Shown here in pieces: positions 9,052 through 17,509 of a stretch of 64,000 bases of DNA. Source of the stretch: Chloroflexota bacterium (GTDB lineage: Bacteria > Chloroflexota > UBA11872 > VXOZ01); NCBI GenBank assembly GCA_012270555.1, contig JAAXIC010000006.1:65374-129373 (forward strand), in the 5' to 3' direction. Position 1 is the first letter of the stretch. Each line of letters begins with the position of its first letter. The notes below the pieces were generated by a model that saw only the letters and a list, made by a program, of their open reading frames with translations, searched no databases and was not told where the DNA came from. The translations under genes were made by a program, and so were the position numbers.

Positions 9052-12000
9052 ATGCCACTAGATCAAGATCGCCAATTAGAGATCGTTATCGAACTTCTCA
9101 GCCGACCAGGGCACGAGAAGGTGCGGTCACTTGTCTATTCACTGCTAGTGGACGGCCTGGGAGCGAAGAGCGGCCAAATCCGTTTCGAGAAGCGACTCAA
9201 TGAGGTGCGTGGTCGTGCAGACGCGTTGTTGGGACGTACACTCTTCGAGTTTAAGCGCGATCTGCGGGCTGAATCTGCGGACGCGGAGTCGCAACTTGCC
9301 CGCTATATCAACCAGCGGCAAAAGGACACCAGTGAGCATTACATCGGCATCGCTACCGACGGCGCAGTCTTCATTGCCTATGAGTTGCAGGGCGAAACGG
9401 TAGTAGAGCTTGCTCGATATACGCCTTCCGTTGACGACCCTGGCATGCTTCTCACTTGGCTGGATACCGCAGTCGCCATTCAGCCTGAGATTCCGCCCGA
9501 ACCTGACGCCGTACGCAAGGAACTCGGGCGGGCAAGCCTCTCGTACTTTGTCGCGCATACTGAACTCGCGCGCTTGTGGCAAGAGGTAAAGTCAACGCCG
9601 GACGTGGCGCTCAAGCGCACGTTGTGGGCGGACTTGCTGCAAATGGTCTACGGCGAATCTGTGGATGCGGCTGACTTCGTCAAAGGCGACGACCTTTTCT
9701 TCCAGCACACGTATCTCACCGTTGTGGCGAAGACGATGGCAACGCAGGCGCTTGGCATCCCTCTGCCGCAGCCGGCTGATTTGCTTTCCGGTCAGCCATT
9801 TCGCGACGCAGGCATTACGGGGGCGGTGGAATCCGACTTCTTCGATTGGATTCTCGCTGTGCCGGACGGGGCCACGTTAGTGAACCGCATTGCCACGCAG
9901 GCCGCTCGCTTTCGCCTGCAGGACATCGAGCATGACGTGCTGAAAGGCCTCTACGAGTCGCTCATCGATCCCGAGCAGCGCCACCAACTGGGCGAATACT
10001 ATACGCCGGACTGGCTGGCGGACCTGATGGTGCGGGAGGTGGTGACAGACCCGCTCGCGCAGCGTGTGCTTGATCCCTCCTGCGGCTCCGGCACGTTCCT
10101 CTTCCATGCCGTGCGTCACTTTCTGGCAGCGGCGGAAGAAAAGGGGTACGAGAATAGAGTTGCGCTGGCGGAGTGCACGCGCAACGTCTTGGGCGTGGAC
10201 ATTCATCCAGTGGCGGCACTCATCGCGCGTGTTACTTATATCTTGGCTCTCGGCTCGGAGCGTTTGAATGACAGGGATGAACTGGCTATACCGGTTTACC
10301 TGGGGGATTCGCTCCAATGGAATACGGAAGGCTTTATCGCTGGGCGAGACGTGGTCATTCGTGTGCCGGACGGCCCCCAGCTTCACTTCCCCACCGCAAT
10401 TGTGGCGGACCTGGGCAGCTTCGAGCAGGTCGTGCAGGTGATGTTGGATTCTAGCGAGCGGGACGCACCGGCATCGGCTTTACGCGCATGGTTGCAGCGG
10501 GAGAACATCGGCGGCGATTGGGAAAGAGACACGTTGGCAGCCACGTATCAGCATCTCTGCGACCTTCGTGCGGCAGATCGGGACCACATCTGGGGCTACG
10601 TGGTGCGCAACCAGGCGCGTCCGGTGTGGCTATCTTCTCCACAGCAGCGCGCAGACGTCATCATCGGCAATCCGCCGTGGCTCGCGTATCGCTACATGTC
10701 CGCTGCCATGCAAAAACGTTTCAAGGAGGAGTGCCAACGGCGCAACCTGTGGGCCGGCGGGCGCGTGGCGACGCACCAAGACCTCTCCGCCTACTTCTAC
10801 GCCCGCTGCGCCGAACTCTACGCGATCCAGGAACCTGATCGCCACAGCCTGATCGCCTTTGTCTTGCCCTATGCCACGCTTCACCGCAAGCAATATGAGG
10901 GCTTCCGCAGTGGAGTCTTTGGGAAAGGCGACGTGGTGTTCGCGCGGGCCGCGTTTCAGGCAGCCTGGACGTTTGACGAGTCCGTGCAGCCGCTCTTTCC
11001 CGTGCCCGCGTGCGTACTTATTGGTCGTGTGGGCGCGGGAGGTACACTGCCGCAGCAGGTGACAGCGTACTCCGGTGCGTTGCCCCGCCGCGACGCTACG
11101 CCGGCAGAGGCGGCGCGCTATCTTATCCAGCGACCCGCGCCGTGGCCGACGGGCGGGGAATTGGCGGGCGGCTCCGCGTACCGTGAGAAGTTTCGCCAGG
11201 GCGCGACGCTCGTACCGCGCATGCTTTGTTTAGTGGAGGAAGTTCAGTCGGTGGGAATGCTGGGCAGCGCCGCGGACACACCCATCGTTCAGAGCCGCCG
11301 CACGCGCCAGGAGAAGGAGCCGTGGAAAAGTCTCCCCGCCCTCCAGCAACAAGTGGAGAGGGAGTTCCTCCGTCCTGTCTATCTCGGTGAGTCTATTGCC
11401 CCTTATCGCCTGCTCCAACCGGTGCAAGGCGTCATCCCCTGGGAGGCTGGAAAAAAGCGCCTGCTCGACGCTGCGGCCGCGCAACATTCCGGCTATCCGC
11501 ATTTGGCCGGTTGGCTTCAAGAAGCCGAACGGCTTTGGGATACGCGCGGTGCTGGGAAAATGACCCTAGTGGAGCGCTGGGACTACCATCGGGAGCTCAA
11601 CGCGCAATTTCCAGTGCCATCAGTGCGGGTTGTCTTTGCGGCTTCCGGGACATTGCCAGCCGCCGCAATCCTGAATGAAGATCAGGGAGTCTTGGAGCAT
11701 GCCTTGTACTGGGCCGCAACCGGCAAGCGCGAGGCGCACTACATAGTAGCCATCTTGAATAGCGAAGCCGCGCGCAGCCAGGTCGCTGCCATGCAGGCTC
11801 GCGGACAGTGGGGCGCGCGCCACTTCGACAAGCTCATGTTCGAGTTGCCCATACCCCTCTTCAACGTCAACGATCCTCTCCACCGCGAACTCTCCGCAGC
11901 CGCCGCCCGCGCCGCCAAAGTCGCCGCCAACGTCCCCCTCAAAGAAGGCATGTACTTCGTCACCGCCCGCAAGCACATCCGCGCCGCCCTCCACGACGAC

Positions 12001-12060
12001 GGCATTGTCCAAGAGATCGAGGAACTGGTGACCAGACTGCTCGCTTTGCCTCAGTCCTAA
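9052..12060 (+). CDS. Fused restriction endonuclease / N6-adenine DNA methyltransferase, MmeI / Type IIG-IIL-like (1002 aa)
   Basis: N-terminal PD-(D/E)xK-like motif RADALLGRTLFEFKRDL (D-x8-E-x-K). MTase motif I VLDPSCGSGTFLFHA and motif IV IIGNPPW. ~400 aa C-terminal putative target-recognition region. ATG 6 nt after the upstream gene's stop, with no SD. Confidence 0.65.
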   Translation: MPLDQDRQLEIVIELLSRPGHEKVRSLVYSLLVDGLGAKSGQIRFEKRLNEVRGRADALLGRTLFEFKRDLRAESADAESQLARYINQRQKDTSEHYIGIATDGAVFIAYELQGETVVELARYTPSVDDPGMLLTWLDTAVAIQPEIPPEPDAVRKELGRASLSYFVAHTELARLWQEVKSTPDVALKRTLWADLLQMVYGESVDAADFVKGDDLFFQHTYLTVVAKTMATQALGIPLPQPADLLSGQPFRDAGITGAVESDFFDWILAVPDGATLVNRIATQAARFRLQDIEHDVLKGLYESLIDPEQRHQLGEYYTPDWLADLMVREVVTDPLAQRVLDPSCGSGTFLFHAVRHFLAAAEEKGYENRVALAECTRNVLGVDIHPVAALIARVTYILALGSERLNDRDELAIPVYLGDSLQWNTEGFIAGRDVVIRVPDGPQLHFPTAIVADLGSFEQVVQVMLDSSERDAPASALRAWLQRENIGGDWERDTLAATYQHLCDLRAADRDHIWGYVVRNQARPVWLSSPQQRADVIIGNPPWLAYRYMSAAMQKRFKEECQRRNLWAGGRVATHQDLSAYFYARCAELYAIQEPDRHSLIAFVLPYATLHRKQYEGFRSGVFGKGDVVFARAAFQAAWTFDESVQPLFPVPACVLIGRVGAGGTLPQQVTAYSGALPRRDATPAEAARYLIQRPAPWPTGGELAGGSAYREKFRQGATLVPRMLCLVEEVQSVGMLGSAADTPIVQSRRTRQEKEPWKSLPALQQQVEREFLRPVYLGESIAPYRLLQPVQGVIPWEAGKKRLLDAAAAQHSGYPHLAGWLQEAERLWDTRGAGKMTLVERWDYHRELNAQFPVPSVRVVFAASGTLPAAAILNEDQGVLEHALYWAATGKREAHYIVAILNSEAARSQVAAMQARGQWGARHFDKLMFELPIPLFNVNDPLHRELSAAAARAAKVAANVPLKEGMYFVTARKHIRAALHDDGIVQEIEELVTRLLALPQS

Positions 12061-12095
12061 AGTTGGCAGCTATTAGGCACTCACGAATCCCGCCC

Positions 12096-12124
12096 TTACG
12101 TACCTTATGTATTAGGTACGTAAA
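12096..12124. promoter_or_regulatory. Perfect 10-bp inverted repeat TTACGTACCT-N8-AGGTACGTAA (terminator of the RM gene and/or operator of the downstream cassette)
   Basis: Located 36 nt after the RM stop and ~130 nt upstream of the 12255 start, in an AT-rich stretch. Confidence 0.45.
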
Positions 12125-12148
12125 TCGGGTGAATCGCCAGCAACTCAT

Positions 12149-12177
12149 TTGCAGAGCATGAGAGAATGGAATTATAG
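12149..12177 (+). promoter_or_regulatory. Putative sigma70-like promoter TTGCAG-17-TTATAG for the 12255 cassette
   Basis: Hexamers at 12149-12154 and 12172-12177 with a 17-bp spacer, ~80 nt upstream of the start codon; weak inference from consensus only. Confidence 0.3.
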
Positions 12178-12254
12178 AACTGTACGCAGACTTAGGGTAT
12201 TCTCTAGTCAAATGCAGACTACAGGCGAAGTCTAGCCTTCTGGGAGGAACCGAA

Positions 12255-13055
12255 ATGGCAAGATTGCATCTCACAGTGAAAGGTGAGCTCGGCAACATTG
12301 CTTTCGATTCACTTACCCTGGTGCTGGCAAAGTCTGACTCGATACTGCGCCGTTTTGATCGCGCGGTGTCCGGGAAAGAGAAAGGCACTATGAAGTGGAT
12401 GGTAGCAGGGCTCAAGGAAGGCAATAGCGGCACAATCGAAATGCGCAGTCGCGTCATTAGCGGGGACACAGACTTTGGCGTTCAAGTGGGGTCTCGGTAC
12501 ATTGAGACGATAGACCACATTGAAACTCAAGGAGAGGCCCCACCCGATTATGATCTGGACATGCTCAGGGACTTGCAGGCCATGACTCGTGCGTTTGGTC
12601 GGAATGGTGTGGATGGGCTCAGTGTAAGCATGCCCGATTACAACAAGGGCGCGTTGCTCTCTTGGAAGTCTGATGAAATACTTCAGAATCTCACCGGGGT
12701 TCATTACAAGACGATTGGTTCTGTCGAGGGAAGAGTTGAATTAGTCTCCCTGCATGACGGAAACCGATATTTCAATGTTTACCACGCAGTTACGGACAGA
12801 GCAGTCCGGTGTTCTCTACCCGAAGAACGCGAGGAAGCGGTCATCGAAGACTTGAAACGCAAGCGTCGCGTAGTTGTGTCTGGAGAGATCTCTTACAACG
12901 TTGAAGGGAGGTTGCTTAGTGTAAGTGTAGACCGATATTGCAGATTGTGGGACGGAGATAAGCTACCAACACTCGAGGACTCCTTGGGCGTAGCACCAGA
13001 CCTAACAGGCAACCAGAATACTGAGGAATACATTCGGAGCCTGCGCGATGGCTGA
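12255..13055 (+). CDS. Hypothetical 266-aa protein, no recognisable domain; upstream partner of a PIN nuclease
   Basis: Clean ORF in a visibly lower-GC block. RBS GGGAGGAACCGAAATG. Stop overlaps the next gene's start by 8 nt. Confidence 0.5.
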   Translation: MARLHLTVKGELGNIAFDSLTLVLAKSDSILRRFDRAVSGKEKGTMKWMVAGLKEGNSGTIEMRSRVISGDTDFGVQVGSRYIETIDHIETQGEAPPDYDLDMLRDLQAMTRAFGRNGVDGLSVSMPDYNKGALLSWKSDEILQNLTGVHYKTIGSVEGRVELVSLHDGNRYFNVYHAVTDRAVRCSLPEEREEAVIEDLKRKRRVVVSGEISYNVEGRLLSVSVDRYCRLWDGDKLPTLEDSLGVAPDLTGNQNTEEYIRSLRDG

Positions 13056-13581
13056 ATCCTTTAGTAAGCCCTACCTCGACTCATCCGTCTTTTTTGCGCA
13101 CGTCAAGAAAGAGACAATCGAGTGCCCTGACGGCTTGAAGCGATGGGAGGTGGCGTACGGTATTCTGAAGGACGCGCAGAGTGGTTTGTACAAAGTATTC
13201 ACTTCTACGGTTACACTGGCAGAGGTGCGACGAATCAAGATTAAGAATGAGGAGCTGAACGAGAGCGAACTTGAAGCGGTGCGCAACCTCTTTGCCCACG
13301 AGTTCATTAGTCTAGTTGAGGTTAACCGTGAAATCGCGGAAAAGGCGCAACGATTAGGTGCAACCTACGGTATCTCTCCTATGGACTCTCTTCATCTGGC
13401 AACGGCAATTTGGTGGAAATGCGACGTATTTCTCTACTGGGACAAGAAGCTGGCGGCAGCACTTGGGCCAGGCCCTATTGAGGACGTCGTACTCGCTGAA
13501 CCCTACTGGCCGAGGGCTAGCGGTGGGTTACCTATGGGATTGCAACCAGAGAGTAGTGAGAATAGCAGTTCGCCAGAGTGA
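13048..13581 (+). CDS. PIN-domain ribonuclease (VapC-like)
   Basis: N-terminal YLDSSVF (first acidic residue). Further conserved acidic positions in ...TLAEV..., ...GISPMDSLHLATAI... and ...WDKK... fit a four-acidic-residue PIN core. 8-nt overlap with the upstream gene. Confidence 0.6.
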   Translation: MAESFSKPYLDSSVFFAHVKKETIECPDGLKRWEVAYGILKDAQSGLYKVFTSTVTLAEVRRIKIKNEELNESELEAVRNLFAHEFISLVEVNREIAEKAQRLGATYGISPMDSLHLATAIWWKCDVFLYWDKKLAAALGPGPIEDVVLAEPYWPRASGGLPMGLQPESSENSSSPE

Positions 13582-13647
13582 GGCCTTAGACAGTTTGTAG
13601 CCTGCGCCCACGAATTGAGCGGCAATTGGGTTGGTTCATTAGGAAAG

Positions 13648-13686
13648 AAAGAGGGTGGTACCGATTTGGTACCACCCTCTTGTATT
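13648..13686. terminator. Bidirectional intrinsic terminator (AGAGGGTGGTACC-GATTT-GGTACCACCCTCT)
   Basis: Perfect 13-bp stem; T-rich flank on the minus strand (TTTCTTTCC) terminates the convergent 13735..15123 gene, and a weaker TTGTATT flank on +. Confidence 0.6.
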
Positions 13687-13734
13687 CCCAGACCTATCGC
13701 ATGAAAGACCCGGTACTGACTCAGTGAGCCAGGT

Positions 13735-15123
13735 TTACTGCACCACGGAGTTGGCTTCCCACTCGTCGAGCAGTTGCTGGGTCTTGGCCTCGGCCTCTTT
13801 GATGGCCTCGGGGATGGTCTTCAGGTGCTGCCACGCATCCCGGCTGAGTTGGATGTGCGCGCCGAGGATGTCGGGGCCGCCCGCTGCGGTGACCACCCAG
13901 TGCGCACCCGGCATCTCGTCGATAGCGTGGGCACGGTCGGGGTCACCCTGGATGAAGGCCTCGCTGCGGCCGACGGACTTCCGCACCGGAATGCGGTCCC
14001 AGCGGTCGGCCCAGCGGCGGTCCTGCGGCTCCATGAAGAGGAACTCGAGGAACTGGAACGCACCCTCCGCCGACTTGGCGCCGGTGGGAATGACGTTCGA
14101 CCAGCCGCCGCCGTAGGTCGCGGGCTGGCCGTCATCGGGATACGGCTCGAAGACGACGCTGTAGTCAATCTTGGCATATTCCTCAGCAAACGCCGTGTTG
14201 CGCGGCGTGCTGTAGGTATCGAAGAACATGCCTACGCCACCGCCGGTGAAGACGAGCGCCGGCGACAGATCGCCGCGGAAGGCCTGCACGGCGTCCCAGC
14301 CGCCCTGCGCGTCGTAGAAGCGGGTGCTGTGCTCCAGCGCCGCGATCATCTCCTCGTTGTCCATGGTGGCCTGGGTCTCGTCTGCGCTGGTCAGGGTCAT
14401 GCCTTGCTGCCAGTAGGGAATCATCCAACCGGCGATAATACCGGCGCTGCCCCAGTTCGGCACAAAGCCCAGGCGAGTAATGTTCTCGCCTTCCACCGTG
14501 TGAATCCTGCTCGCCGCGTTGTGAAAGTCTTCCCAGTTCCCGATCGGTTCTTCCGGATCGATGCCGACTTCAATCAGCACGTCGTGGTTCAGGAAGAGCG
14601 TGCGGGTGTCCGGGCCCCACGGCCAGCCAAAGTGGCGGCCCTTGTAGGTCACGTCGTTCAGAATGCGGTCCCAGATGTCGTCCGGCTGCATCACGGCGGA
14701 GGCCTTCACGAACGGGGTAATGTCCATGGTGGCGCCCACGGCCGCGTGGCTCTTGGTGATGTAGCGGTCCAGGAACGAAATGTCGGGCGCGCTGCCCGCC
14801 GCGACCACGGTGGGAAGCTTGCTCTTAGTGTCGCCGTAGGCGGTACCAACGGCAAAGACCTCAACGCCATCCTGGGAGGCGTTGAATTCGGCAACCATCT
14901 CGGCGCCAATGTCAGCGTGGAAAGGCTGCGTGGAGTGAGACCAATAGAGCACCTTTTGCTTTTCCATCATGGCGGGCTCTTTGGCTTCCATCTCCTCAGA
15001 CTCGGCCGGCGCTTCACCTGCCGGAGCCATACCGGCGCCCGCGCCGCAGGCCGCCGCGAACGTGGCGGCGAGACCGACGCCCATGCCGCCGAGGATCGTT
15101 CGTCTTGAAAATCGCGATCGCAT
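13735..15123 (-). CDS. ABC transporter solute-binding protein, family 1 (sugar/oligosaccharide type), TAT/lipoprotein signal
   Basis: Start at MRSRFSRRTILGGMGVGLAATFAAACG (ATG 15121-15123, RBS AGGAGAAGGG); SBP_bac_1-like body; paralog of 59709..61127 (FGWPWGPDTRTLFLNHDV vs FGLPWAPTVFTYFYNKDV). Confidence 0.75.
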   Translation of the reverse strand: MRSRFSRRTILGGMGVGLAATFAAACGAGAGMAPAGEAPAESEEMEAKEPAMMEKQKVLYWSHSTQPFHADIGAEMVAEFNASQDGVEVFAVGTAYGDTKSKLPTVVAAGSAPDISFLDRYITKSHAAVGATMDITPFVKASAVMQPDDIWDRILNDVTYKGRHFGWPWGPDTRTLFLNHDVLIEVGIDPEEPIGNWEDFHNAASRIHTVEGENITRLGFVPNWGSAGIIAGWMIPYWQQGMTLTSADETQATMDNEEMIAALEHSTRFYDAQGGWDAVQAFRGDLSPALVFTGGGVGMFFDTYSTPRNTAFAEEYAKIDYSVVFEPYPDDGQPATYGGGWSNVIPTGAKSAEGAFQFLEFLFMEPQDRRWADRWDRIPVRKSVGRSEAFIQGDPDRAHAIDEMPGAHWVVTAAGGPDILGAHIQLSRDAWQHLKTIPEAIKEAEAKTQQLLDEWEANSVVQ

Positions 15124-15410
15124 CGTTACCCTTCTCCTTAGGTAATGCCAATACGCTTCGATCACACGTGCGCGTTTCTTGAAAAAACGCGGCTTGGCTT
15201 GGGTAGGCCCGAATCCCCCGTGTTTCGCACCTCCTTTAGAAGCGGCAAATGCACAGTTCGGATGGAATGCTGTCGCCGCAACACGGTCAGGCTTCCATGC
15301 TACCACTATTTTTAGTCCACTGCGCGGGCTTTGTCAACAGTATGTGTATGTGAAAGCCTGCCTCAGGGCTGATGGTGCATTGGATGGAGCGATTATAGGG
15401 TACAGCCTGC

Positions 15411-17276
15411 CTATGTGTCCCGGAGGTGACGGTCGAACCACGCCAACGTCCGCCGCAAGTAGTCGGCCTGGTTCTCCAGCTTGCGAAAGGCGTGCCCCTC
15501 TCCTTCGTAGTAGACGTATTCAACTTCCACACCGGCGGCTGTTAGGGCGTCGCAGAAGGGTTTGCCCTGCTCCATGCGCTTCATGGGTTCGCCCTCGAAG
15601 AGCAGCAGCGGTGTGCGCGCCTGTGTGGCGTAGGTCAACGGCGAATATGCACGGTAGTTCTCCGGCACGTCCTCCACCGAGCCGCCGTATTCCAGTTCGG
15701 CGATGTCATTGGGCGCGGTCGCCTTGGCGGCAGCGATGAGATCGGTTGGGCCTTCAACGCTCACGGCGGCGGCAAAACGGTTCGTCTGCGTGATCAGCCA
15801 GTTGGCGAACTGCCCACCGGCGCTATGCCCGCGAATGCCCAGGCGCGCCGGGTCGGCTAGGCCGGCCGCAACGAGGAAATCCACGCCTGTCATAATGTCC
15901 GCAGAGTCCAGCCGAGTGTTGTTATCATGTCCGGCACTCAGCATTTGCTGATACGCGTCCCAGCCGTAGACACCGCTGGAACGGTAGTCGGGCGAGAAGC
16001 AGAGGTAGCCCTGCGCAGCCAGGAAGTGCAGGGTCGTGTAGTGCAGCGCGTTATCGCCCAGCATTCGCCTGGGCGTAACATCCTTCGGCCCGCCATGCGG
16101 GTCAACGATGGTGGGCAGCGGCGACGGCGGCGGCCGGTCGGGTCCAAAGCCGGGCGGGTAGAGCAACAATCCTTCTATTTCCAGGCCGTCGATCGAGGTC
16201 CAGCGGACTACTTCCATCTCCAGCCGCTCGACCGCCGGGACGCTCTCTAGCTGCCGATTGGCATTGGTCAACTGACGCGTCTCGGAGCCGTCGGTGGCGA
16301 CGAGGAAGATTTCCGACAATTGGTCCGGCGGCTCTACGACACTGGCAAGCCAGCGCCCATCGGATGAAAGCACAGGCGTCTTGTGATTGCTGATGCCACT
16401 GGTGAGCGGTTTGACCGTGCCATCCGCAAGGGAAACAGCATAAACCTGCCGCGTGATGGTGCCGTTGTTGCCTGTTATGAATATGGTCTGCCCGTCGGGC
16501 GACCAGAGCGGCGCGCTGCGGGCCGGCAGCACAAAGGGATCACGCGTCCGGTATTGCAGACTGGCGTCGCGGCGGTTCCAGGTAGCCAGGCTGTAAAACG
16601 CGTGGTAGCCATAGGGATGGGGCGTGGCGGCAAAGGCCAGCGCCTCGCCGTCGGCACGCCAGGAAGGCAAAGAGGCTTGACAGGCGCCCACCGGCAGCAC
16701 GGTCCGGATGGTCCCATCTGCCACGGATAGCACCCGAATCTCGCGGTTCTCTGCCCGCCGGCCCTCGACGACAACGGCTGCACTCCAGGCAATCTGTTGG
16801 CTATCCGGCGACCAGGCGGGCCCGCCCAGCAGCAGTTGCCGTTCAGGCGGCGGATCGATACGCCGCCGGGTCTCTCCGGTTGCGGCATCCAGCAGCCAGA
16901 TGGCGCCGGGTTTGGCGACCTGTGGGCGTTGCATGGCCCGCCCTTCCAACACGGCAAGGGTAAGCCCATCCGGCGACCAGGCGTAGGACCCTACCGAAAG
17001 GTCCTCAGGAGAAACTGAAGTCGGCTGCTCTTCTGCCAGGTGGTCATAACGCCACACGCGCGTCATGCCGTCAGTCTCGCGCAGGTAAGACAGCCAGCCG
17101 TCGGGATGCCACTGCGGATTGGCGCCGGGACCGACACTCACGGGCGCACCGCCCGCGGCTACAGTGATGACCCAAACGCCGCCGTTTTCGACATAGGCAA
17201 TGCGTGAATCGTCCGGCGAAAACTGTGGCTGACTTGCCCCTTGCGGCAAATTCAGCAAAGTTTCTGGTTGAATCAT
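15411..17276 (-). CDS. S9-family serine peptidase (prolyl oligopeptidase/acylaminoacyl-peptidase-like) with N-terminal beta-propeller
   Basis: Repeated WSPDG propeller blades, then C-terminal alpha/beta hydrolase with GHSAGG nucleophile elbow and downstream Asp/His region. Confidence 0.8.
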   Translation of the reverse strand: MIQPETLLNLPQGASQPQFSPDDSRIAYVENGGVWVITVAAGGAPVSVGPGANPQWHPDGWLSYLRETDGMTRVWRYDHLAEEQPTSVSPEDLSVGSYAWSPDGLTLAVLEGRAMQRPQVAKPGAIWLLDAATGETRRRIDPPPERQLLLGGPAWSPDSQQIAWSAAVVVEGRRAENREIRVLSVADGTIRTVLPVGACQASLPSWRADGEALAFAATPHPYGYHAFYSLATWNRRDASLQYRTRDPFVLPARSAPLWSPDGQTIFITGNNGTITRQVYAVSLADGTVKPLTSGISNHKTPVLSSDGRWLASVVEPPDQLSEIFLVATDGSETRQLTNANRQLESVPAVERLEMEVVRWTSIDGLEIEGLLLYPPGFGPDRPPPSPLPTIVDPHGGPKDVTPRRMLGDNALHYTTLHFLAAQGYLCFSPDYRSSGVYGWDAYQQMLSAGHDNNTRLDSADIMTGVDFLVAAGLADPARLGIRGHSAGGQFANWLITQTNRFAAAVSVEGPTDLIAAAKATAPNDIAELEYGGSVEDVPENYRAYSPLTYATQARTPLLLFEGEPMKRMEQGKPFCDALTAAGVEVEYVYYEGEGHAFRKLENQADYLRRTLAWFDRHLRDT

Positions 17277-17509
17277 GGTGCGACCCCCTTACACTTGTGA
17301 GCACCACCCCGCAGGATCCGCCAACGCCGCTTGTCCCCGTGAGTCTGCCACGACTCCCTCTCTAAAGCGCGCGTTGGGAATGCATCCTTGAAGGGAAAAG
17401 GATAATAGCAGGATTGAAGCACATAAATATGAAATTAACCTTAGAGAGCGCTGCTACACGCTTCAGTTTCGGGCGGCGCCGTGCCTCGTCACGTTGCGAT
17501 GCAGTCAGG

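Noticed and set aside
12061-12124. Palindrome after the RM gene as purely a Rho-independent terminator
   Set aside because: The 10-bp stem is not followed by a U-tract, so terminator function alone is unconvincing; it is kept instead as a possible operator/attenuator.
13774-15108. 444-aa + strand ORF
   Set aside because: Antisense to the family-1 binding-protein gene; Arg/Gly/His-rich, no motifs.
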